NCBI GenBank assembly: GCA_964453075.1
Contig: CAYVNM010000006.1
Coordinates: 1 to 51,911 of the forward strand
DNA from: an uncultured Candidatus Saccharibacteria bacterium
Lineage (GTDB): Bacteria > Patescibacteriota > Minisyncoccia > Phycocordibacterales > DATDWN01
Length of the DNA stretch: 51,911 bases
Reading direction: 5' to 3'
Part shown: piece by piece, positions 18,097 through 26,267 of the stretch
How the letters are laid out: each line of letters opens with the position of its first letter
Position numbering within the stretch: the first letter of the stretch is position 1
Position numbers and translations under genes: made by a program
Notes under the pieces: model-generated
What the model was told of the DNA's origin: nothing
What the model saw: only the letters and a program-made list of their open reading frames with translations
The model's database searches: none

Positions 18097-18984
18097 ATGA
18101 TCTCCACCAGCTCTCTTTCACATGAGGAATATTTAAGAAAAAAGAGAAAAAAGAAATTTAGAAAATTTGGTATTTTTTTCTTTTCCCTGATCTTTTTAAT
18201 TGGTGTTTCGTCGTATTTATCTCACAGACCAGAAGTACGTATATCAAAAGTGGAACTAAATGGTGGAATTTTGGTGACAGGAGAAGAAGTTCAATTCAAA
18301 GCACTTTCATATATGAATGGCTCATATATGTGGTTATACCCAAAAAACAATGCTCTTTGGTATCCTCACGATGATTTGGAAAAACATCTAAAAGAAAATT
18401 TTAAAAGAATAGATACTATAAACATAAATAGAAAAGGTTTTGAAACTTTGGTCGTAAATATAAAAGAAAGAAAACCGTTTGCTATATGGTGTAACAGGTT
18501 GGAAGCTTCAGAATCTTCTTTAGCTTCAACTACCGATGAGACTTTGGACACAAAAAAACAAAAAGAAGATTGTTATTTTATAGATCAAAATAGTACTATT
18601 TTTGCCAAGGCCCCAACTTTCTCTGGAGATGCATATTTCAAGTATTATGGTCTAGTAGGAAGTACAACAGAATATTCTCCTATAGGTAGAGAATTTATAT
18701 CTAGCACTACAAAGTTTGCGGACATTTCCGCTTTTGTTTCAAAGACCAAGGAATTGAAAATAAAACCCATGTATATAGAAGCAAAAGAAAATGGAGAGTT
18801 TTCTATGTTTATTGCTGGTGGAGGAGAGATTTATTTTGATACAAGAGAATCACTGTCCATAGTGGGGCAAAATTTAGAGGCGCTTTTGCGTACGCCAGCT
18901 TTTGCAAGTAGTACGGGTAATTTACCTATAGAGTATATTGATTTACGTTATGGTAATAAACTCTTCTATAAATTGAAACAATAG
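18097..18984 (+). CDS. FtsQ/DivIB-like cell division protein (TM + POTRA)
   Basis: Basic N-terminus, single TM helix, then a POTRA-like segment (ISKVELNG....V). Confidence 0.55.
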   Translation: MISTSSLSHEEYLRKKRKKKFRKFGIFFFSLIFLIGVSSYLSHRPEVRISKVELNGGILVTGEEVQFKALSYMNGSYMWLYPKNNALWYPHDDLEKHLKENFKRIDTININRKGFETLVVNIKERKPFAIWCNRLEASESSLASTTDETLDTKKQKEDCYFIDQNSTIFAKAPTFSGDAYFKYYGLVGSTTEYSPIGREFISSTTKFADISAFVSKTKELKIKPMYIEAKENGEFSMFIAGGGEIYFDTRESLSIVGQNLEALLRTPAFASSTGNLPIEYIDLRYGNKLFYKLKQ

Positions 18985-18998
18985 TGTAGTGTGGTCAT

Positions 18999-20207
18999 AT
19001 GAACTTTTGGCAGAAATTAAAAAAACCAATAATGGTTTTGGCTCCTATGGCGGATGTAACAGATCCGGCTTTTCGTCGCATCATCGCGAAATATGGAAAA
19101 CCAGATGTGATCTGGACAGAGTTTGTTTCGGCTGACGGACTTTTCCTTAGTCCAGTTAGAGAGTACTGCGAGAAATTAATAAAAGGTGAGATTGATAAAG
19201 AAAAGTTTTTAGAAAGTCTCTCTAATGGGATAGGTGGCGCACAGTTAATAAAAGATTTGGCTTTCAGTGAGGAGGAGAGACCTGTCGTTGCTCAATTTTT
19301 TACATCCAAACCAGAAATGATGGAGAAGGCAGCAGAGCTTGCTGTTAAACTGGGTTTTGATGGGATAGATATAAACATGGGTTGTCCTGATAAAAGTATA
19401 GAAAAGCAAAATGCTGGAGCGAAATTAATGACCAATCCAAAACTTGCTCAAGAAATAATTCTTGCAGCAAAAAGAGGAGCACAAAATTACAACACATCTC
19501 AAAACATCCAAGGGGAGTCCTTGGATGGGCGTGGGAAAGGGGGTGGGGAGAGCGAGGGGATACCAGTGTCGGTCAAGACAAGAATTGGTTGGAATAAAAA
19601 TGAGCTCGAGACATGGTTGCCTGTTTTGCTCGAGGTAAGTCCAGCGGTTATTACTGTGCATGCTCGTACTCGCAAGGAATTGTCTCTCGTTCCTGCACAA
19701 TGGGAAAATATAAAACGTGCAGTTGAAATCAGAAATAATTTTGTTGATTCAAATGGAAACAAAAGTCAGACTCTGATTTTTGGTAACGGTGATGTTAAAG
19801 ATTTAGAAGATGCAAAAAGAAAAGTAGAGGAAACTGGGTGTGATGGTGTGATGCTCGGTCGCGCTATTTTTGGTAACCCATGGCTTTTCAATCCAAGGAC
19901 TCCCCTTGGACAAGTGGGGATAGAGGAAAAACTAAAGGTAATGGTGGAGCATACAAAACTTTTTGAGGAGATTTTGTCTCACAAGAGCTTCGCTTTGATG
20001 AAGAAGCATTACAAGGCATACGTTACTGGTTGGCCTGCCCGTCACAGCCGAGGATCTCGAACGAAGGCAGGCGGTGATGGTGCAAGAGAGCTTCGCATGA
20101 AATTAATGGAAGCAAAAGATGCAGATGAGGTGGAGCTAATTGTGAATCAATATTTAAAAAACGGCCAAAAACAAGGGTTTTTCTCATTTTTAAAAAAGTA
20201 TTTTTAA
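18999..20207 (+). CDS. tRNA-dihydrouridine synthase
   Basis: LAPMADVTDPAFRR, DINMGCP, TVHARTR: Dus-family TIM-barrel pattern. Carries two GC-rich in-frame insertions (19505-19565 and 20044-20084). Confidence 0.85.
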   Translation: MNFWQKLKKPIMVLAPMADVTDPAFRRIIAKYGKPDVIWTEFVSADGLFLSPVREYCEKLIKGEIDKEKFLESLSNGIGGAQLIKDLAFSEEERPVVAQFFTSKPEMMEKAAELAVKLGFDGIDINMGCPDKSIEKQNAGAKLMTNPKLAQEIILAAKRGAQNYNTSQNIQGESLDGRGKGGGESEGIPVSVKTRIGWNKNELETWLPVLLEVSPAVITVHARTRKELSLVPAQWENIKRAVEIRNNFVDSNGNKSQTLIFGNGDVKDLEDAKRKVEETGCDGVMLGRAIFGNPWLFNPRTPLGQVGIEEKLKVMVEHTKLFEEILSHKSFALMKKHYKAYVTGWPARHSRGSRTKAGGDGARELRMKLMEAKDADEVELIVNQYLKNGQKQGFFSFLKKYF

Positions 20208-20259
20208 AATTTAGCTAAAATTACTTGACTTATTTTGTGGTAGTGGTATGATAATGAAA

Positions 20260-20640
20260 GATGACTCGACCCGCGCAAGGTTGCCCGGGCGACAACAGAC
20301 AGGCAGACGAGCCGAAAAAGGAGGTTGTGACCTACTACCCAATACGTGTTGAGGATGACAGAGGAAACTCTGCTCGAATCACACAAACCAGTTGGGCTGG
20401 TGAAATTACTAATCCTGTCTGAGTCGGGGCGGTCCCCGACAGGTGCCAGCTACCTTGAAAGGCTGGGCATATTAAAAAAAGAGAGCAAGGCGGTAAGACC
20501 TGCAAAGGTTTGAGGCGGCGGTCCGGGGGACCCACTCAAGACTTGTGGGTATACCGAAGCTCGAGGTGTGCGGAGGCGGGTCAGTGAGCCCGATGAGAAC
20601 GCACACAACAGGGGCAGAGTCAAAAAACTCTGCCCCTTTT
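20260..20640 (+). ncRNA. rnpB: probable RNase P RNA
   Basis: Blocks resembling bacterial RNase P RNA: ACAGGUGCCAGCUACCUUGAAAGGCUGGG (cf. GGGUGCCAGGUAACGCCUGGG), AGAGAGCAAGGCGGUAAGACC, CAGUGAGCCCGAUGAGAACGCACACAACAGG (cf. CAGUGAGC..GAUGAAUGAC..CACGACAGAA). Promoter TTGACT(20225). Ends in GGGGCAGAGT-caaaaaa-ACTCTGCCCC-TTTT. The ends are approximate. Confidence 0.7.
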
Positions 20641-20680
20641 CTATTTTCCAAAAAAACACCTTTTACGTTATACTGTTGGT

Positions 20681-21736
20681 ATGTCAGAGGCATTATATAG
20701 AAAATACAGGCCTAATAAATTCTCCGAAGTCTTGGGTCAGGATCATATTGTTAAAGTACTTGAGGCCGAAGTTAAGTCCGGAGAAATTTCTCACGCCTAC
20801 TTATTTGCCGGGACTCGTGGTACTGGCAAGACATCCATTGCTAGAATTTTTGCAAAAGAAATAGGAACATCTCAAAACGATATTTACGAAATAGATGCCG
20901 CTAGTAATACCAGTGTAGATGATATTCGTGCTCTGAATGAATCGGTTTTTACACTTCCTTTTGAATCAAAATACAAAGTCTATATTTTGGACGAGGTTCA
21001 CATGCTTTCCAAATCAGCATCGAACGCATTACTGAAAACACTAGAAGAACCACCAGCTCATGTTGTATTTATCTTGGCTACTACAGAAACACATAAAATC
21101 CCGGAAACAGTCTTGTCTCGTTGTGAGGTTTATACATTCAAAAAACCAAGTCAGGAAGTCTTGAAAAAAATGATTGTTTCAGTTGCTAAGAAAGAGGGCT
21201 ACACAATGGACGATGCGTCCGTAGAGCTCATCGCTATTCTAGGTGACGGTTCATTCCGCGATACACAAGGGATTATTCAAAAGGTACTTTCATACACTAA
21301 GGACCTGCCCACCCTCCCGAAGAGGGAGCAGGCGGGCAAAAAAATATCCGAGGATGAGGTGAGATTGGTCACTGGGGCGCCTGCAGTTGATCTTGTGCAC
21401 GGAGTTATTTCTGCTATAGCGGATAAGGACATAAAGACGGGTCTCTCAAGTGTCAGAAAGGCTGTTGAACAAAATATAGATATGTCTGTTTTTCAAAAAT
21501 TAATCTTGCATACTGCCAGGGCTGTGCTACTTGTGCGTTTCGGAGTAGGGGATTTGGTTCGAGATGATTTCTCCGAAAAAGAGTTTGAATTTATAAATGG
21601 TTTGGCAAAAAAGGATGGAGCTTTTTCTTCTCAAACATTGGTGGAGCTTTTGACTGCTTATGAGAGGACCACTGGGGCGTATATTCCTCAACTCCCATTA
21701 GAACTAGCTTTGGTGAACATAATAGAAAACAAATAA
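20681..21736 (+). CDS. dnaX: DNA polymerase III subunit gamma/tau (short)
   Basis: Walker A GTRGTGKTS, DEVHMLS, LSRCEVY sensor motif. 351 aa. In-frame GC-rich palindromic insert at 21304-21337. Confidence 0.9.
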   Translation: MSEALYRKYRPNKFSEVLGQDHIVKVLEAEVKSGEISHAYLFAGTRGTGKTSIARIFAKEIGTSQNDIYEIDAASNTSVDDIRALNESVFTLPFESKYKVYILDEVHMLSKSASNALLKTLEEPPAHVVFILATTETHKIPETVLSRCEVYTFKKPSQEVLKKMIVSVAKKEGYTMDDASVELIAILGDGSFRDTQGIIQKVLSYTKDLPTLPKREQAGKKISEDEVRLVTGAPAVDLVHGVISAIADKDIKTGLSSVRKAVEQNIDMSVFQKLILHTARAVLLVRFGVGDLVRDDFSEKEFEFINGLAKKDGAFSSQTLVELLTAYERTTGAYIPQLPLELALVNIIENK

Positions 21737-21882
21737 AATTCCCAAAACCCGTCAACCTGGCAGGTTGACGGGTAGGGGTGGGTTTTCAACAGATTAGCAC
21801 TTGACACAAGTGCTTTTTTAGTATAATATATATAGCAGATTGTCAAGTCCGTTTCGGAGTCGGCTTACCCAGGGAGGTTCCC

Positions 21883-22053
21883 GTGCGCGCAACTCTACTG
21901 GCTTTGGCCACGGTGGTGCCAATTCGGCAGGCGCTTCTCTCGTGGTTTGGCAAAGATCTAGGTCTTTGGGCACTCGTGCTCTTCGGTGTCGTGGCGCTGT
22001 TCGTCAGCTATCGCATCAACCGGCGGAGGAACCCTCCTTCGTCAGCACTCTGA
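21883..22053 (+). CDS. hypothetical 56-aa hydrophobic protein (GC-rich cassette C4; GTG start)
   Basis: Not in the track. TTGACA(21801) with a TATAAT-like box. GGGAGG 5 nt before GTG 21883. Product MRATLLALATVVPIRQALLSWFGKDLGLWALVLFGVVALFVSYRINRRRNPPSSAL. Terminator CGCCGTTCGGT-ctagc-ACCGGACGGCG-TTTTCGTTTTT (22075-22112). Confidence 0.45.
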   Translation: MRATLLALATVVPIRQALLSWFGKDLGLWALVLFGVVALFVSYRINRRRNPPSSAL

Positions 22054-22168
22054 CCCAGGGTCAGTCGTCTCCAGCGCCGTTCGGTCTAGCACCGGACGGC
22101 GTTTTCGTTTTTATCTGGGGTGGTAAAAAATAAAAAAAAGTGTAATATGTAGAATGTTTACTAAACAT

Positions 22169-22215
22169 TGGGAGATCGTCTAGGATTAGAGGCCTTGAGC
22201 CTTTAGAGGGGTGAG
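22169..22215 (+). pseudogene. degraded 5' fragment of tRNA-Gln
   Basis: TGGGAGATCGTCTA is identical to the first 14 nt of tRNA-Gln at 22505. The rest aligns with deletions in the D loop and anticodon loop (GAGGC CTTGA GCCTT). There is no T arm or 3' acceptor strand. Confidence 0.55.
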
Positions 22216-22504
22216 CTCGGGATGGGACCCGAGCGCAAGACCTTCTTCAGATATTTTATGAGCACAGCGAAATAAAATATCGAAAAGGTGTACTGCTCCT
22301 GTAAGGAGAGATAGGTATGGAGCGCAAGACCGGAGTCTGTCGAGATGAGGTGAGAAGTGATATTATCACTTCGCAAGACCTTGAACATTTTGTTATCAAA
22401 ATGTGAAAGGTGTACAGTTCTTGTAAAGAAGGGTCGCGAAAATTTTCTCCAGAAAATTATTTGTGACCGATTCCCGTTCATTAAAATTTGTTTGTTTCTA
22501 AAGC
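22216..22504 (+). repeat. structured repeat region between pseudo-tRNA-Gln and tRNA-Gln
   Basis: Three (G/T)CGCAAGACC boxes (22233, 22322, 22371). Two GAAAGGTGTAC boxes, each followed by a GTAA-loop hairpin (CTCCTgtaAGGAG / TTCTTgtaAAGAA). Several AT-rich hairpins. Confidence 0.4.
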
Positions 22505-22575
22505 TGGGAGATCGTCTAACGGTAGGACAGAGGCCTTTGAAGCCTTTAATTGGGGTTCGATTCCCTGTCTCCCAG
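22505..22575 (+). tRNA. tRNA-Gln(UUG)
   Basis: TGGGAGA TC GTCT AACGGTAG GACA GAGGC CTTTGAA GCCTT TAAT TGGGG TTCGATT CCCTG TCTCCCA G. Confidence 0.9.
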
Positions 22576-22650
22576 CTTTGGGCGGAAACAAATTTTAAAT
22601 CTAATTTCTTCCCATCCAGTTTGGGATAGTTTCGGATTTCTAGTAGGATT

Positions 22651-23547
22651 ATGAACAATATGATTTGGGAAGAATTAACAAATTTTTTAATATTTACTGG
22701 TATCGAGGATGTCACGGTCTGGCAAGATATTGCTGTTAGTTCAGTTGTAATTCCGATTACTCTTTTACTTATGACAAAGTTATTAGAATGGTGGAATCAA
22801 TCACGCCCATCTCATTCAATTTTTAAAGGTTATTTGTCAGAAAATAAGGATGTATATGTTTTTCATTCGGAAATGTCTGTAGCAAATAATGATTGGTCAA
22901 AAAATCCGGAGCCTAAATATATCTCTTTTTTCCCAAGTCCAACACCTACAAATCATAATAATTTAAACACTCAACGTAAGTTAAATATTGACCCGGTTTC
23001 ATCCGTCGCTGATGGTGAGTGTGTTGCAGATATTTTTAATATATTGGGTCAAGTTCGGAAAACAAAAAGGATTCATTTTGGAGATACAATTAAAGATTGG
23101 CACAAATGGTCCTCGCCAATTTTTTCTGTAGGATTTAATCCAAAAACTGAAAAGCTTTTGAAAAAATGCAACCCTATTTATTTCGAGTTGGTAAATAATT
23201 CTCACGGACTTATGCTAAAAAATGATTCAATTGTTCTTGATGATCAATCACCTAATGATGCTGGTATTATTCAAAAAACATTTTATTGTGAGTCAAAAAT
23301 GCCTGTATTTATTCTTGCGGGAATAGGAACAACTGGGACAAGTGCAGCTGGGCACGTTTTAAAAGAAAATTATGTTAAATTAGGTAGGCTCTACGGAAAT
23401 CGTCCGTTCTGTTTGCTTTTTAGAGTTAAGTTGGATGAAGGGAAACAGTCTGCTCAAATAAAAAGGATAATGCCACAACCTAAATGGTACGTATATATAA
23501 TTCATCCCATAACCACTTTGACTTTTAAAAATCGAGGGTACTTTTAA
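22651..23547 (+). CDS. hypothetical membrane-anchored protein
   Basis: 298 aa of native AT-rich composition. One N-terminal TM helix. The C-terminal region has PVFILAGIGTTGTSAAGHVL, a glycine-rich Rossmann/SLOG-like loop (weak resemblance only). Confidence 0.55.
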   Translation: MNNMIWEELTNFLIFTGIEDVTVWQDIAVSSVVIPITLLLMTKLLEWWNQSRPSHSIFKGYLSENKDVYVFHSEMSVANNDWSKNPEPKYISFFPSPTPTNHNNLNTQRKLNIDPVSSVADGECVADIFNILGQVRKTKRIHFGDTIKDWHKWSSPIFSVGFNPKTEKLLKKCNPIYFELVNNSHGLMLKNDSIVLDDQSPNDAGIIQKTFYCESKMPVFILAGIGTTGTSAAGHVLKENYVKLGRLYGNRPFCLLFRVKLDEGKQSAQIKRIMPQPKWYVYIIHPITTLTFKNRGYF

Positions 23548-23572
23548 TTTTTATTATATAAACAATGGTTTT

Positions 23573-23911
23573 ATGCAAATTTTTTCACCAAAACTTGAAG
23601 AACAATCAGACGATCAACTTAAAAACAATATTAATTCTGACTTGCCTAATTTTGCCTCATTATCGTCAGACGAATTGACTAGAAGATCACTAGATAAATT
23701 AAGAGAAACGACTGTTGAGCTTGATAAATCAAACAAGAAATATACCCACGCACTAGGTATTTTTGCATTACTACAAATCATAATTGCCGGACTTCAATTG
23801 GTTCTTGATATAAAAAGTTCGCAAGATACCGTGTTCTCAGTATTTATAGGAATATTATTCATCATTATACTGATTTGGTTTACCAGGGAATTTAGGTTGA
23901 TAAAAAGTTAA
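23573..23911 (+). CDS. hypothetical small protein with two C-terminal TM helices
   Basis: 112 aa, starting 26 nt after the previous gene. Hydrophilic N-terminal half, then two hydrophobic helices. Confidence 0.5.
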   Translation: MQIFSPKLEEQSDDQLKNNINSDLPNFASLSSDELTRRSLDKLRETTVELDKSNKKYTHALGIFALLQIIIAGLQLVLDIKSSQDTVFSVFIGILFIIILIWFTREFRLIKS

Positions 23912-24045
23912 GTTTTTAAATCAGTTCTCTCTAGAGAGGTATCAAAAAAGTATCGCGGGGTTTTATTGGGTAAATTTACAAGACCGACTCGTCCAGCTAT
24001 TAGTTCACAACTTTTTATTGTTAGGACTTTTGGTATACTTTAATT

Positions 24046-24831
24046 ATGGATATTTCAAAATTCTTGTTACCAAGAGAACAATATGCTGAAGAGTCAAAAA
24101 AATATACAGGAGTTTTTAGTACTTTTGAGATATCCAAAAGCAATCAAATTTTGTTCTATTTTGGGGCGAACCATGCACGGGATATAAATAATCCTCAATA
24201 TCCGGCTTTAAGAGAATATTGGAATAAGTTTTTAGATATCACAAAAAATGAGAACACAATTATATTTATTGAGGGTGGTTTGCGTAAATTAGAAGAAAGT
24301 GAAGAGTTAGCAATAATTAAAAGTTCTGAAGGGGGTTACATTACATTTCTAGCTAAAGGAAATACCAAAATAATATCTCCAGATGGGAGTATGGATGATT
24401 TGTTTAAAAAAATAGGTGAAATAGACAAAAAAGAGGCTCTTCTTTACAAATTCTTATCATACGTAGACAGTTATCATAGAATTTCAGAACCAAGACCTGG
24501 TTTTAGCGAATGGACTTCAGACTGGATCAAAAGGGAAAGTAGAAATGAATTTTGGAACGGAATTGAATTATCATTTGAGACATTGAAGAGTTTATACAGA
24601 GAAATTATAGGTAAAGATTTTAATCACGCGGAAAGCCAAAATAATTTTGTAAACCCAAATAGAACAGATACAAGAATAAATGTTCTAGCAAGAAAAATGA
24701 GTGATTTCAGAGACTTAAATATAGTTAGTGAAATCGAAAAATATTGGAAAGAAGGAAAAAGTATATTCGTTGTTTTTGGACGTGGGCATCTTATTATTCA
24801 GAAACCTGCTCTTCAGGTTTTATTCAACTAA
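24046..24831 (+). CDS. hypothetical protein (possible TraB/GumN-like fold)
   Basis: 261 aa. Two G..H motifs (YFGANHARD near the N-terminus, VVFGRGHLI near the C-terminus), as in the TraB/GumN family. Assignment is tentative. Confidence 0.4.
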   Translation: MDISKFLLPREQYAEESKKYTGVFSTFEISKSNQILFYFGANHARDINNPQYPALREYWNKFLDITKNENTIIFIEGGLRKLEESEELAIIKSSEGGYITFLAKGNTKIISPDGSMDDLFKKIGEIDKKEALLYKFLSYVDSYHRISEPRPGFSEWTSDWIKRESRNEFWNGIELSFETLKSLYREIIGKDFNHAESQNNFVNPNRTDTRINVLARKMSDFRDLNIVSEIEKYWKEGKSIFVVFGRGHLIIQKPALQVLFN

Positions 24832-24920
24832 CCCCATTTCCTCCCAGACAACCAAATTTATTAAAACAATTGACACGGAATACTTTTTGTGCTATTAATT
24901 TCTCCAGAGGAGGAGTCTAA

Positions 24921-25493
24921 ATGGACGATAAGCAACGGAAGTTTCTGGAACACAACACGATCAACATCGATGGCGATATCAACGTTGATATGGCCAGGTA
25001 TGTGGATAACGCTATCAAACACTTCATGCTGAATGGTAGCCCCGACATCGATGTTCTGATCACCTCAAATGGCGGTGACGTCGACATGGGATTGTTCATT
25101 TTTGATCTCATCGACACTTACAAGGGTAAGACACGAGGCAAGGTGATCTCGTTTGCTCGCTCAATGGGCGCAGTCATTCTGCAGGCTTGTACGACTCGTG
25201 AAGCCAGTAGACACTCAAAGATCCTGATTCACCATGTCAGCAGAAGACAGGTTAGTCTCGATACTTTGACCGACGACAAGAAGCGGCAGGATCTTGTCGA
25301 TGGCATGTGGAAATCTCAAGAGAAGCTTTATCGTATTCTCGAGGGTAGAAGTGGTAAGACAAGACAGGAGATTGTCAACGCCTGTTTGCCTGACACTGAC
25401 ATGACTGCAGACGAAGCTCTCTGTTTCGGGCTTATTTCCTCCATCACTCCATCTTCTCAAAAGGATGATGTGGAGAGAAACCCAACGAAGTAG
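24921..25493 (+). CDS. ClpP-family (S14) serine peptidase-like protein (GC-rich cassette C5)
   Basis: ITSNGGDVDMGLFIFDLI (cf. INSPGG.V.AG.AIYD), Ser in ARSMGAVILQAC, His in ILIHHV, Asp in DTDMTADEALCFGLI. Promoter TTGACA(24870)-17 nt-TATTAA. GAGGAGGAG SD. Terminator GGGGCTG..CAGCCCC-TTATTTT. Confidence 0.75.
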   Translation: MDDKQRKFLEHNTINIDGDINVDMARYVDNAIKHFMLNGSPDIDVLITSNGGDVDMGLFIFDLIDTYKGKTRGKVISFARSMGAVILQACTTREASRHSKILIHHVSRRQVSLDTLTDDKKRQDLVDGMWKSQEKLYRILEGRSGKTRQEIVNACLPDTDMTADEALCFGLISSITPSSQKDDVERNPTK

Positions 25494-25693
25494 AGCTTGG
25501 TTTCTGTGCCTAGGTGTTCGGGGGCTGGCGCACTAAACGTCAGCCCCTTATTTTATTATAATATGTTCCAATTTTGTACCAGATTACTGGTACTATTTGA
25601 CATATTTAATTAATATGTTATTTTGTGTCTAGAACAGTCTGTCACCTAGACTTAAAAGTGGTGAGCTTGTCCGCGAGACATTGGAGAATCCAA

Positions 25694-26185
25694 ATGACCA
25701 GCAAAGAGATGCGTATTCGAGAGGGGAAGTTGTACAACGGGTTGATGAATGAAGTTCTCGTGGGAGATGATCCTGAAGTGTGGATCAACCGCCACGGGAT
25801 GGAAATGTCACTCGGGATCGCCATGGAGGGCATCTCCAATTACATTGAGGCGTGCTACTGGGTGAACGACAACCCTCTTCGACATCTGCGCAAGTCTTTC
25901 CCGGGCTTTACGTGGAAGTTCCACGAGGATGTGAGCCAGGCTAGGCTCGCATCCGTTCTTGGTGTCGCTGATTACATCTGGGTCGGAGGTCTTGTGGTCG
26001 GTGATGCTTTTGTCACTGCAACGCAGGTTCGCGATGCAAAACCTCGGGGTCTCTGCTTCCTTCCCAAGATCAATGAACACTGTGGTTGGAATAGGATGAT
26101 CAGAAGGGATCTCAGTCTTGTCGTTCCTGGTATTCGTTTCGTCCAGGACGGGAATGACAAGGACGCGAACACTGTGATCTGCTAG
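25694..26185 (+). CDS. hypothetical protein (GC-rich cassette C6)
   Basis: TTGACA promoter upstream. GGAGAA SD 5 nt before ATG 25694. 163 aa. Terminator GCCGCCCGAAAG..CTTTTGGGCGGC-TTTCTCTTTT. Confidence 0.55.
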   Translation: MTSKEMRIREGKLYNGLMNEVLVGDDPEVWINRHGMEMSLGIAMEGISNYIEACYWVNDNPLRHLRKSFPGFTWKFHEDVSQARLASVLGVADYIWVGGLVVGDAFVTATQVRDAKPRGLCFLPKINEHCGWNRMIRRDLSLVVPGIRFVQDGNDKDANTVIC

Positions 26186-26267
26186 TTGCTCGCCGCCCGA
26201 AAGCCGTCGTGCTTTTGGGCGGCTTTCTCTTTTATCTAGTCCACACTTTCCATAGTATAATAAACCC

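Noticed and set aside
20204-20864. Several 60-98 aa ORFs on both strands in the GC-rich stretch between dus and dnaX.
   Set aside because: The region matches RNase P RNA blocks and has a promoter and terminator but no SD-start arrangement. Open frames are expected in GC-rich RNA genes.
21840-22133. 97-aa ORF (TTG start) given by the track.
   Set aside because: It would start 13 nt after the -10 box with no SD and would read through the intrinsic terminator at 22075-22112. The overlapping 56-aa GTG-start frame with a GGGAGG SD ends just before the terminator and is a coherent TM peptide.
22576-26235. Prophage or integrative element at tRNA-Gln, suggested by the ClpP-like protease.
   Set aside because: No integrase, portal, terminase, capsid or repressor genes were recognised, and there is no direct repeat of the tRNA 3' end.
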